A stretch of 32,000 nucleotides of DNA from an archaeon (GCA_024277355.1 JAJRVL010000004.1:360001-392000), one strand, 5' to 3'; counted from the first letter of the stretch, positions 16,566 to 25,882 are shown. Translations and numbers: made by a program. The notes: generated by a model not told the origin, from the sequence alone.

Positions 16566-17375
16566 ATGACTAAAGAAGAAAATACTAAAAACAAAATTAT
16601 AGAAATTTTAAGTGAAAACTGGCCATTAACAGCAAAACAAATTTATAATAGACTTCAAAGAAATTATGCTATTTCAGTTTCATATCAAGCAGTACATAAA
16701 CAATTAAAGCAAATGATGGAAGAAAAAAATATTTCAAAAACTCAGTCAGAATATATTATAAATGAAGAATGGATAAAAAAAATTCAAAATAATGCTGAGT
16801 TAATAGCAGAAAAAATCAAAAACAAACAAAAAGGAACAAATTTAATTGAAATGAATGAAAGAGAATCCAGAAATTTTGTATTTAAGGGAATATTAGAAAT
16901 TGGCTGGTTTTTGATTGATAAAATAATGAAAGCACCAAATCCTGAAAACAAACCTTGCCTTGCATTATGGAGATTTTGTTATTCATTAGTTGGATTAGAT
17001 GAAAAACATTTAACTGGATTTAAAGAAGTATGCAAAATAAACAAGTGGTACATGAGAGTAGAAGAAGAAAATGAAGCAGATAAAATGTTTGGAATAACAC
17101 TTAAAGAATATGGCATAAAAGAAATTAAATATGGAATAAAAGGTTGTGCAACAAAACTCAGTGATAAAATAATTATTGGAGATTACATAGCAGAAATAAT
17201 TTATCCTAAAGGATTCAGAAAAATATGGGAAATACAAAACAGGCTTCCAAAACAACTTGCAAAATTTAATATAGGAAAACACATACAACTAATGAGATTA
17301 CCCCAACCAAAAATAACAGTTATAATAACAAAAAACAAAGAACTAGCAGAAGAATACAGAAAAATGTATTTTTAG
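16566..17375 (+). CDS. Winged-HTH protein with uncharacterised C-terminal domain (paralog C)
   Basis: 'ILSENWPLTAKQIYNRLQRNYAISVSYQAVHKQLKQMMEEKNI' plus 'IGDYIAEIIYPKG...KITVIITKNKELAEEYRKMYF'; 2-nt gap from paralog B. Confidence 0.7.
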   Translation: MTKEENTKNKIIEILSENWPLTAKQIYNRLQRNYAISVSYQAVHKQLKQMMEEKNISKTQSEYIINEEWIKKIQNNAELIAEKIKNKQKGTNLIEMNERESRNFVFKGILEIGWFLIDKIMKAPNPENKPCLALWRFCYSLVGLDEKHLTGFKEVCKINKWYMRVEEENEADKMFGITLKEYGIKEIKYGIKGCATKLSDKIIIGDYIAEIIYPKGFRKIWEIQNRLPKQLAKFNIGKHIQLMRLPQPKITVIITKNKELAEEYRKMYF

Positions 17376-17564
17376 TTAAAAAAACTGAAAAGAATAAAAA
17401 AATTTCCAAAACGGTTAAAATACATTTTTTAAAGATAAGAAATAATAAACATGGAAAAAAAAGTTTAAAAAAATAAATTTTAAAATATTAAATAAATAAT
17501 TTCAATATTTAAACTTAACTCATCCTTTTTAAAATTATGCTTCGCTATTAATTACGGTGCTAAC

Positions 17565-18425
17565 TTGAAAGATTTAGAAAGACAATATAAAAAAACCATT
17601 AAACTAAATTTAAAAAAATTAAATTACATTGTAAAAAAAGAAATAAAAATCAAAAACCCTCAAGCAAATAAAATTATAGAAAATTCTTTGAATATTGCAT
17701 ATAAACATCTTGCTAAAAAATGGTTAAATGAGGAAAAATATTTAAGAACATATTTTGCAAAAAAAGCAATACCATTCTATCCTGAAAAAATCATAAATTT
17801 ATCAATATCTTTAGATGCTACTATAAATATATTAGACGATTTATTTGATGAAAAATTAGAAACAGAAATCAAAGCACTTTATATATTAGAACTTTTAAGA
17901 AGTTTAACTGTTACTTATAACCATAAATATAATAAAAAAATCACTGAAATAATGGAAAATTATTTTAATAAGATAATATCAATAGCAGTTTTAGAAAGTT
18001 TTTACAAAGAACTTTTAGAAAAAGAAACAGACTTCGATAAAGTAGTTGAGTTATCTATGCAAATTTATGATTGTAGAAGTTTAGATATGGATATATACGT
18101 AGAATTACCCCTAATGAACAAGAAATTAAAAAATAAAAAAGAAATTATGGAGATTTCAAGAACATTTAGAGCAGTAAATTTAATAAAAAAAGATATAACT
18201 GATTTAAAACACGATGAAGAAAATCAAATATATAATGGAATCAGATCTGCAGATAAAAAAGGCTTTAGAAACCCCTTAATACTAACACTTATTAATTTTT
18301 ATGAAAAAAGAGCAATTCAAATCAAAAGGAAAAATAATGGAAAAATAATAAGAAATTTTTTTGAAATGATTGAAGAAGAAAACATTAAAATAAAAAAATC
18401 GATTGAGAAATTACATCTTATTTAA
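17565..18425 (+). CDS. Uncharacterised all-helical protein, possibly class I terpenoid/isoprenoid synthase-like
   Basis: TTG start; 'ISLDATINILDDLFDEKLETEIKAL' resembles a DDxxD motif, and 'AVNLIKKDITDLKHDEENQIYNG' is a second acidic cluster at roughly the expected spacing. Confidence 0.4.
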   Translation: MKDLERQYKKTIKLNLKKLNYIVKKEIKIKNPQANKIIENSLNIAYKHLAKKWLNEEKYLRTYFAKKAIPFYPEKIINLSISLDATINILDDLFDEKLETEIKALYILELLRSLTVTYNHKYNKKITEIMENYFNKIISIAVLESFYKELLEKETDFDKVVELSMQIYDCRSLDMDIYVELPLMNKKLKNKKEIMEISRTFRAVNLIKKDITDLKHDEENQIYNGIRSADKKGFRNPLILTLINFYEKRAIQIKRKNNGKIIRNFFEMIEEENIKIKKSIEKLHLI

Positions 18426-19079
18426 TTTATCTATAATATATGAGGATAATTCAGCTTCATTCTCTTCATTAAATTCAATAAAAATTTTATTTTGAAGTGG
18501 CAAAAGTTTATCCAATTTATATCTTTTATAAGCAACATCCCAAACTCCTCTGCTCTTTAATTCTTCTTCAGTCCCTGTAATAAAATCACAGACTGGATCT
18601 CCTTTTATCATACACGAAGTTTCCACATTTTGACACAATTTATTATGAACTAAACAACCACCACCAGCCATAGATCCTGCTACAAAAATATCTAAAGGTT
18701 CCATAATTTTTTCATCTTTAAAATATTTAGTAATAGGATTTGTTTTAACTACAAAATGAGTATATTTTCCAGGATAATAATCATGAGTTTTATATAATCC
18801 TAAACCCATAGCTTCTGCTAAATCCATTCCTAGAGAATATATTTGATCCTGCGTTTTAAGATTAAAACTATGCACTACAGATCTAACTAAAACAAACCCC
18901 CAATACCAAGAAAGCATATAAAATTTATAAAGATTATTTTCTTTCATATAATATTTTGTTAATTCTGCCACAAAAAAAGACGGTAAAAGCGTCAAATAAG
19001 TTCCTTTAAGTTCAATAACACCATTCTCAAATTTTAGTTGTTTGGTCATTAATAATTTAGCTAAAAGACCCATTACCAT
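18411..19079 (-). CDS. V4R (4-vinyl reductase-like) small-molecule-binding domain protein
   Basis: 'GSMAGGGCLVHNKLCQNVETSCMIKGDPVCDFITG' matches the V4R C-terminal pattern. Confidence 0.7.
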   Translation of the reverse strand: MVMGLLAKLLMTKQLKFENGVIELKGTYLTLLPSFFVAELTKYYMKENNLYKFYMLSWYWGFVLVRSVVHSFNLKTQDQIYSLGMDLAEAMGLGLYKTHDYYPGKYTHFVVKTNPITKYFKDEKIMEPLDIFVAGSMAGGGCLVHNKLCQNVETSCMIKGDPVCDFITGTEEELKSRGVWDVAYKRYKLDKLLPLQNKIFIEFNEENEAELSSYIIDKLNKM

Positions 19080-19097
19080 TTAAAACACCTTTAATAT

Positions 19098-19859
19098 TCA
19101 CTTTATTAGAGTTGTTTCTTCTCCAACTGTTAATCCTTTTTCATTTATAACTGTGGAAAACATTCCATGTTGATGAGAAGTATATCTCATCTTTCTTATT
19201 TGAATATTTCCAAAATTTTCCCCACCTATTGTCGTATGATAAAGTAAAATTACTCCATCGCAGATATATTCGCTTAATCCATCTGCACTTAACTGCCCAC
19301 CCTGTTCAGGCAGTTCTGTTGTCAGTAATGCGGTTGCATCAAAGTTTTTCAACTCATTAATTAGTGCAGTTAAGATTTTTTTGCTCATTAGTTTTTCTGA
19401 AAAGAATTGTGGAATAACATTGTTTTGGATTGTTGTTATGCTCCATGATTGTTTTGAGTAATCTGTTACTGCCATGTAATCAGATAAAGTTGACATTGAA
19501 TCAATGACTAAACGTTTTGGTTTAAAGTTTTTTATTGCTTCTCTTGTTTTTTCAATGAAATTTCCGCCTTTAATTATATCAATATAAATAACTTTTAGTA
19601 ATCCTTTTTCTTCTAGTTCCCATAAATTCCAGCCATATTGTTCGCCTTGTTTTTTTAGTTCTCCGTCTGACTGTTCAGTGGAAATATATAATCCTCTTTC
19701 TTTGAACATTTTTGCGCCGTTAACTAAATACTGCATGCATAAAGTACTTTTTCCTGTTCCTGCTCCGCCTGAAACTAAAACTAAATTTCTTGCAGGAATT
19801 CCGCCATTTAAGGCTTTATCTAATCCTTCAATTCCAGTTTTAACTCTTTCAACCATCAA
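19098..19859 (-). CDS. KaiC-like RecA-superfamily ATPase
   Basis: 'VKTGIEGLDKALNGGIPARNLVLVSGGAGTGKSTLCMQYLVNGA', 'LYISTEQSDGELKKQ', 'KPKRLVIDSMSTLS'. Confidence 0.85.
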   Translation of the reverse strand: MMVERVKTGIEGLDKALNGGIPARNLVLVSGGAGTGKSTLCMQYLVNGAKMFKERGLYISTEQSDGELKKQGEQYGWNLWELEEKGLLKVIYIDIIKGGNFIEKTREAIKNFKPKRLVIDSMSTLSDYMAVTDYSKQSWSITTIQNNVIPQFFSEKLMSKKILTALINELKNFDATALLTTELPEQGGQLSADGLSEYICDGVILLYHTTIGGENFGNIQIRKMRYTSHQHGMFSTVINEKGLTVGEETTLIK

Positions 19860-20057
19860 ACCACACTCTCAAAAAAACCTCAAGTTTATTAGATTACAAC
19901 GTCATGGTTTAAAAACTTTTACTAAAAAGAAAACAAAAAGAAAATGAATTAAACAAACAATAAAACAGACAAACATTAATAAAAAACAAAAGAAATTAAA
20001 CAAACGAATAGAAATCAACTAAATAAACAAACAATAAAGAAAAACAAAAGAAATACA

Positions 20058-20065
20058 TTTAAATA
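20058..20065 (+). promoter_or_regulatory. Candidate archaeal TATA box TTTAAATA
   Basis: About 50 nt upstream of ATG 20116, with a 'ggagg' Shine-Dalgarno-like sequence between. Confidence 0.35.
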
Positions 20066-20115
20066 AAGAATTAAACATAATTTGTATTAAAGTTATTACT
20101 TTGGAGGGAATAAAA

Positions 20116-21231
20116 ATGAAGAAAATTTTTGTTTTATTAACAATAATATTTTTAGCTAGTTTTTCAATGGCGTTAATTAAACCTTTACTTAATACAAATG
20201 AAATAACAGAAATAACACCTAAAGAAAGTGTTGAGGATACAAAAATATATTCTTATTCGCTTTGCAATGGAATAGACTTTCCAATATATGGAGATTCAGG
20301 AAATTTTGAAGGATACCGTTATGGAGGAGATGTATTAACAGAACAAGCAGGAATATGCAATGTAAGAAATAGACACACCGTTGGAACTTGGATGGTTCCT
20401 ATAGATGCAAATTTAGCAATACTTGACATGCCTGAAGATGTAAGCAGATTTCCAGGATTAACTTATCCTGACGGAATGATTGGAAACATTACTTTACCAA
20501 TCTGGAGAATTGGAAGATATGTTGAAGCAGACTTAAACTGGAATAAGCCGGAAGATTATTGTTTTACAGAAAAATATACTACAAGAAATATAACAGGACA
20601 ATTACTGCCCTTAATAAATTATTGGGGGAATGTATTTGATAATTCAAAACTCTCTGTTTCCATATTTAAATATTTAAATGGAAGTTGGTCACAAGTTGAT
20701 TTTGATTACATATATCTACAAGTAAAAAACATCAATAAACCTTTGCTTGGAGTAGGAACAGACAAACAAAATTATACTGTAATTGAAAACGGAACAGCAA
20801 AAATAAAATTAACAATAACAGATGATGACTTGTTATGTGGAGAACCTGACTGGAATGTAGCTTCAAGTTATAAAGTTAATTATAAAAGTGCAGAAACATT
20901 TGAAATCAGAATTAATGGAACACCAATAGATTCAACTGATGCAAATAGCGGTGCTTTTGGAGTTAAGTTAATTGGAAGCAATCAAGGAGAATTAACAATA
21001 ACCTTAAACGCTGAAGACTTTAATTTAGGAGCACAAGATTTAAACATCACAGTAATAGACACAGACGGATACCACCAAGGCTCAGGATCAACTGTTGGAG
21101 AATTTGCAGTAGACCAATATTACAATCAAATAGAAAAAACAGTTCAACTTAATGTAATCCAAACAAGTACTTCTTGCACACCTCAATTTGATAAAACAAC
21201 ACTGAACTGGATTTTTTGTTCTCAAATATAA
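20116..21231 (+). CDS. Secreted protein of unknown function
   Basis: Signal peptide 'MKKIFVLLTIIFLASFSMAL'; 'ggaggg' RBS 11-12 nt upstream; no recognised domain. Confidence 0.7.
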   Translation: MKKIFVLLTIIFLASFSMALIKPLLNTNEITEITPKESVEDTKIYSYSLCNGIDFPIYGDSGNFEGYRYGGDVLTEQAGICNVRNRHTVGTWMVPIDANLAILDMPEDVSRFPGLTYPDGMIGNITLPIWRIGRYVEADLNWNKPEDYCFTEKYTTRNITGQLLPLINYWGNVFDNSKLSVSIFKYLNGSWSQVDFDYIYLQVKNINKPLLGVGTDKQNYTVIENGTAKIKLTITDDDLLCGEPDWNVASSYKVNYKSAETFEIRINGTPIDSTDANSGAFGVKLIGSNQGELTITLNAEDFNLGAQDLNITVIDTDGYHQGSGSTVGEFAVDQYYNQIEKTVQLNVIQTSTSCTPQFDKTTLNWIFCSQI

Positions 21232-21270
21232 AAAGCCTTTTCAAAAAGGCTCTACTTTTTCTTTTTTTTA
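21231..21270 (+). terminator. Terminator-like hairpin followed by T-rich tract
   Basis: AGCCTTT (21234-21240) / AAAGGCT (21245-21251) immediately after the stop codon, then 'ctacttttttctttttttt'-like T-rich sequence. Confidence 0.5.
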
Positions 21271-21314
21271 TTAAAAGAAACAATTAAATTTTAGTCTGCT
21301 TTAATAATAAAAGC

Positions 21315-23486
21315 ATGAAAAAAAAATTAATTCTCATTTTAGTATTTTTATTTTTTTTAGTTAATGTTAATGCATACGAAATAAACCTTGATGTAAACCA
21401 AATACAAGATGTAATTCCAAAACAAGAATTCTGGCATTGGATGATATTAAACTGGGATTACACAGGGCCTTCCTCAGGAGACCAAAACTGGCAAACCTGT
21501 GACTTTGAAAGTCCGGATAAAAATTATGGAATAACTTTAACTGAAAATAAAAATGAATATTCTATTCAAGAAAGTTTTGGGCCGACAACAGTTTTTGATG
21601 AGTGTTCGCCTGAAGGTTCAGATTTAAGATGCACTGCAAAAACAAGTTATTTTTTTAAAGTTAAAACAAACAGTACCAGCCAAAATTACACTATCCCAGT
21701 TAACATAAGAGGAATCTGCGGGGTAATTGAAACTCCAACTGAATTCCCAGTTGACATGAATTATGATTATAATTTTACTTTTGATTCAAGTTATGAAACT
21801 ATATTACCTGATGTTAATGTAAAAAGCTGGTGGGGAAAACGTTCTTCTTTTGGTTCCCCAGAAATAAAAGATGCAGTTTTGAAAATGGTTTCCCATGACC
21901 CTCAAAATAAAAATATTATTGATGTTGAATGGATTGTTTCAAATGATTGTCCTGATAAGTCAAGTGTTGATACTGGAATTTATTCTTCTGATGTTAATTC
22001 AACTTTGAATTTAATGTGCAATAAGCCCGGAACACAAATTGTTGTTGTTAAAGCAACAAATCAAGATGGTTATTCTGGTTATAGTGCTGCTTTAACTTAT
22101 TTTTCTGATAATAATGATGAAGTTGAATTTGATGGAGATTATGGTGTTTTAGTTACTTTACCTAATTCAGATAGACTAGAATTATTTTGGACACCTGAAG
22201 AAAATTTTGATTATCGTTTAGCTGAAATTAGTAAATTAAAGAAAACAGTTATAATAAAAAATACAGGGAATGGTTTTCCAACAGAACCAAACAACAATAT
22301 AACTCGGATTAATTCAACTGCTTTTACTTCAGTTTTAAATCCTGATTGCCCTTTAATACAATACAAAGGAGGCGGATCTGCTTTTAATGGAGAAGATTTT
22401 AATATTATAGAAAGAGATTATGCCTTTTTTTGTCAGCCTGGAAACCATAACTTAAAAATTTCTTCAACTGGAAATTATTCTAATGGAAGTCCTTATTCTT
22501 TAATTGATGACTTTAATTTTGTTGTTCCAGATATTAATGTACATGTAATAAACATGAAAACAACTTCTGAAACTTTGCCTACTTATGGAATTATTTACGG
22601 AGAAGACGGAAGACTTGACTTAAATATTGTAATAAATAATTATTCTCCTGAGTTTGTAGGAATAACTGATGTAAATTTATATTATACTGAAAACACAAGC
22701 AATGCAACATATTATAATTCAAATATTACCTGCACTTCAGCTGACATAAATAGTTTTTCTGAAACTGACACTAAATGGAAAATTAATTCTTATTTAGAAT
22801 GCACTGATTTTCATTTATTTAATTCAATAATTAAATTAAGTGACGGAAGCGAATATATTCCTGGAGGAATAACTGTTTTTTGGATAAACACGCCAACAGA
22901 TAAACTTAAAAATGATTCAACTATAATGGAAAATTTATATGATGACATATGGGATCCTAATACAGGTTATGTGTGCAACTGGAAACTAGAAGACTGCAAA
23001 GCACCAGGAGCGGGGAGTTCAGGAAATCAAGCAGAAGGCGCAATTATTTTGCCTGAATCACAATTAATTGTAACTACAGGAGACTTAATTAGATTTTATT
23101 CAACTGTAACAAATGTAAGTAATAAAAAGTTAGGTGCAAAAATAGAACTTGTAATAATTGATTCACAAGGGAATACTGCAGCAACTCTTTCACAAGAAAT
23201 AGTTGAGGGTCTAAGTCAAGGAATTGATCCTTTAACAAAATATGAATTTAATATATTGTTTTATGACACTGAATTCCTAAAAGAAAATGAATTATACACT
23301 GTTACTTCAACTATTTATTGGATGCCTGCACCGGGATTTTATGAATTAGATGAAAAACCATTAAATAACACTAAACTAACTTATTTTTATGTAATAGGAG
23401 AAAGTGCTGTAGAAAATTTACCTGAAACAAATTTAATTGGAATAATAATTATTTTGTTTTCAGTTTTCGTTATTTTAAAAAAATAA
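21315..23486 (+). CDS. Large surface protein with signal peptide and C-terminal TM anchor, Ig/CARDB-like content
   Basis: 'MKKKLILILVFLFFLVNVNAYEI' N-terminus; C-terminus 'ENLPETNLIGIIIILFSVFVILKK'; extracellular beta-rich sequence such as 'RLELFWTPEENFDYRLAEISKLKKTVIIKNTGNGFPT'. Confidence 0.7.
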   Translation: MKKKLILILVFLFFLVNVNAYEINLDVNQIQDVIPKQEFWHWMILNWDYTGPSSGDQNWQTCDFESPDKNYGITLTENKNEYSIQESFGPTTVFDECSPEGSDLRCTAKTSYFFKVKTNSTSQNYTIPVNIRGICGVIETPTEFPVDMNYDYNFTFDSSYETILPDVNVKSWWGKRSSFGSPEIKDAVLKMVSHDPQNKNIIDVEWIVSNDCPDKSSVDTGIYSSDVNSTLNLMCNKPGTQIVVVKATNQDGYSGYSAALTYFSDNNDEVEFDGDYGVLVTLPNSDRLELFWTPEENFDYRLAEISKLKKTVIIKNTGNGFPTEPNNNITRINSTAFTSVLNPDCPLIQYKGGGSAFNGEDFNIIERDYAFFCQPGNHNLKISSTGNYSNGSPYSLIDDFNFVVPDINVHVINMKTTSETLPTYGIIYGEDGRLDLNIVINNYSPEFVGITDVNLYYTENTSNATYYNSNITCTSADINSFSETDTKWKINSYLECTDFHLFNSIIKLSDGSEYIPGGITVFWINTPTDKLKNDSTIMENLYDDIWDPNTGYVCNWKLEDCKAPGAGSSGNQAEGAIILPESQLIVTTGDLIRFYSTVTNVSNKKLGAKIELVIIDSQGNTAATLSQEIVEGLSQGIDPLTKYEFNILFYDTEFLKENELYTVTSTIYWMPAPGFYELDEKPLNNTKLTYFYVIGESAVENLPETNLIGIIIILFSVFVILKK

Positions 23487-23547
23487 ATTTAAATTATTAA
23501 CAAAAACAAAACTTTAAATTAATAAACTATAAGAAATTTGTGAGAAC

Positions 23548-24612
23548 ATGGAATTCAAAGAATACTTAAAAAAAAATCAAAATTTAATTGATGCTGAAAT
23601 GAAAGAATTTTTTCCAAGAAAACTGGAAAAAAAATGGCTGGAAAAAGCTTTAGGCAAAGCAGAATTTCAGTTAGATGAAAAAACTTTAACTAAAAGTTTA
23701 AGTGAACCAATATGGAATTTTTTGGAAAGAGGCGGAAAAAGATGGCGTCCAAGTTTAATGATTTTAAGTTTTGAAGCTTTAGGCGGAAAAAACAAAAAAA
23801 AAATTTTACCTTTAACTATGCTTCCTGAATTTTTGCATAACGGAAGCATTATGATTGATGATATTGAAGATTCATCTGAATTAAGAAGAGGAAAAAAATG
23901 CACTCATTTATTGTTTGGACAAGACATTGCGATTAATGCAGGAAATGCAATGTATTTTTTGCCGTTTATGTTATTGTATAGAAATGAACTGAAATTAAAA
24001 GACAAAACTATTCGAAAAATTTATGATTTATGTTCAATTGAAATGATGAGATTAAGTGCAGGGCAAGGAATGGATATTTTATGGCATAAAGAAAATCAAA
24101 ACCATTTAACTGAAGAGCATTACTTGCAGATGTGTGCATATAAAACCGGAGCTTTATCCAGAATGAGTGCAAAATTAGGTGCAATTTTAACTGAAGCAAC
24201 AGAAAAAGAAATACAAAAAATAGGAAAATATGCTGAAAGCATTGGAATAGCTTTCCAGATTCAAGACGATGTACTTAATTTAGTTGGAGAAGAATTCAGC
24301 AAAGGAAAAGGAATAGGCGAAGACATTCATGAAGGAAAAAAAACTTTGATTTTACTGCATACCTTAAAAAAAGCAAGCAAAGAAGACAAAAAAAGATTAG
24401 AAGAAATTATTGCAATGCATCCTGAAGAACAGGAAATAATAAACGAAGCAATAGGCATAATGGAAAAATATGATTCAATTGAATATGCAAAACAAAAAGC
24501 AAGAAATTTAATTAAAAAAAGCTGGAAAGAAGTTGAACCATACTTAAAAAAAGGAAAAGCAAAAGACTTATTAAAAAAATTCGGAGAATACTTAATTGAA
24601 AGGGAAATATAA
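23548..24612 (+). CDS. Polyprenyl (geranylgeranyl/farnesyl) diphosphate synthase
   Basis: 'GGKRWRPSLM', 'GSIMIDDIEDSSELRRGKKCTH' (first Asp-rich motif), 'GIAFQIQDDVLNLVGE' (second). Confidence 0.9.
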   Translation: MEFKEYLKKNQNLIDAEMKEFFPRKLEKKWLEKALGKAEFQLDEKTLTKSLSEPIWNFLERGGKRWRPSLMILSFEALGGKNKKKILPLTMLPEFLHNGSIMIDDIEDSSELRRGKKCTHLLFGQDIAINAGNAMYFLPFMLLYRNELKLKDKTIRKIYDLCSIEMMRLSAGQGMDILWHKENQNHLTEEHYLQMCAYKTGALSRMSAKLGAILTEATEKEIQKIGKYAESIGIAFQIQDDVLNLVGEEFSKGKGIGEDIHEGKKTLILLHTLKKASKEDKKRLEEIIAMHPEEQEIINEAIGIMEKYDSIEYAKQKARNLIKKSWKEVEPYLKKGKAKDLLKKFGEYLIEREI

Positions 24613-24743
24613 TAAATGAAATAATAGAATAATAAAGCAACATAAAAAGCTTTAAAAAAGGTTTTGAAGGCAAATATTAAAGTAAAAACTCTATTTTTTT
24701 AGAGAATTAAATCCTTATTTATAGCTGTATTAAAAGTGATAAA

Positions 24744-25022
24744 ATGAAAATACCAAAAACAATCAAAATTTACTGTAAAAAATGCAATGAACACCAAGAC
24801 CACAAAATTAAAGTAACTAAATCAAAAAAAGCAAGAGCAGACAGCAAAGGAACAAGAAGATTCCAGAAAAAACACAAAAAAGGTTATGGTGGAAAAGCAA
24901 AATTTACAATTAAACCAAAAAAACAAACAAAAAAACCAAATTTTACAGCAGAATGCAGTAAATGTAAAAGTAAAAAACCTTTTTCAATTCCAAAAAAAAT
25001 GAAAAAAGTTGAAATAGTTTAA
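24744..25022 (+). CDS. rpl44e: Ribosomal protein L44e
   Basis: 'MKIPKTIKIYCKKCNEHQDHKIKVTKSKKARADSKGTRRFQKKHKKGYGG...ECSKCKSKK', archaeal/eukaryotic L44e with four-Cys zinc site. Confidence 0.93.
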   Translation: MKIPKTIKIYCKKCNEHQDHKIKVTKSKKARADSKGTRRFQKKHKKGYGGKAKFTIKPKKQTKKPNFTAECSKCKSKKPFSIPKKMKKVEIV

Positions 25023-25023
25023 T

Positions 25024-25587
25024 TCATATTTTTGGATTTAACTGTTGCTGAGTATTTTTTTTAGAAAAATCAAATTCTGTGTTTTTGTTTACAATAAATT
25101 CGCATTCAGATGAATTAATTGAAGCACATTTAGTTTCAACACAATCCAAATCCATATCTAAAGCAAAAGAAAAAACTCCTGCAATAATTCCTCTTAAAAT
25201 ATGATCAACTGGTTTCTTTGGTTTATTTTTTAAATTAACAGAAAAAGGCGAAGAAGAAACTAAAAGAATTGACCTTGAATTCTCTTTATCAAAATGAACT
25301 ATTCTTATTTTTCCAAAACCTGAACTGGAAAAAAATTCATTGCAAAAATTAACCAAAGAAGTTCCTGAATATTTTGGTTTAGCCTGAAGTTTAGGAAGAA
25401 AACTTTTAACTGATTTTTTAACTGAAACATAAATTTGTTTTGCCTGATCATCAGAAACAGAAACTAATACTTCAGATAAAATTTCAACAGGAAACAAAAG
25501 AAAAGGAATATCAATAAGAAAAAAATTAGAATGATTAAATTTAATTTGTCCTGTAAAAATAAATTTATCGTAATAATTGTTTAGCAT
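25024..25587 (-). CDS. Second V4R-domain-like protein
   Basis: 'ILRGIIAGVFSFALDMDLDCVETKCASINSSECEFIV'; GGAGG upstream of ATG (CAT at 25585-25587). Confidence 0.65.
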   Translation of the reverse strand: MLNNYYDKFIFTGQIKFNHSNFFLIDIPFLLFPVEILSEVLVSVSDDQAKQIYVSVKKSVKSFLPKLQAKPKYSGTSLVNFCNEFFSSSGFGKIRIVHFDKENSRSILLVSSSPFSVNLKNKPKKPVDHILRGIIAGVFSFALDMDLDCVETKCASINSSECEFIVNKNTEFDFSKKNTQQQLNPKI

Positions 25588-25882
25588 TTTTTTCCTCCAA
25601 AGGTTTATCAGAAATAATTGAATCAATAACCCTGTATTTTTCTACTTCAACAGGCCAGACAATTAAAGTGTTTCCTGACTTTTTTGAAAACAAAACTTTA
25701 TTTGAAATTAATTTTTTTAAATAATAAGAATACTTTGAATAAGCTCTTTTCTTTGATTTTCTTGAATCAATTTTATCATTAAATAATTCAGCTAACTCAA
25801 TTGAAGTAACAGGCCAGTTCTCTTTAATTAAATCCAGGAGTTTTAATTCAAAACCAATGCTAATTTCTGAATTGCCAGACAT
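25565..25882 (-). CDS. Small winged-HTH protein, coupled to the V4R gene
   Basis: 'LLDLIKENWPVTSIELAELFNDK...YSYYLKKLISNKVLFSKKSGNTLIVWPV'; overlaps start of V4R gene by 23 nt. Confidence 0.6.
   Translation of the reverse strand: MSGNSEISIGFELKLLDLIKENWPVTSIELAELFNDKIDSRKSKKRAYSKYSYYLKKLISNKVLFSKKSGNTLIVWPVEVEKYRVIDSIISDKPLEEKNAKQLLR

Noticed and set aside
17010-17288. Minus-strand ORF 17010..17288
   Set aside because: Antisense to wHTH paralog C; Phe/Tyr-rich shadow.
19678-19947. Plus-strand ORF 19678..19947
   Set aside because: Antisense to the Walker A region of the KaiC-like gene.
23667-24199. Minus-strand ORFs 23667..23903 and 24008..24199
   Set aside because: Antisense to the prenyl diphosphate synthase catalytic motifs.
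24689-24704. Hairpin CTCTA-tttttt(t)-TAGAG upstream of the L44e gene
   Set aside because: Only 5 bp of AT-rich stem; easily expected by chance and no further support.
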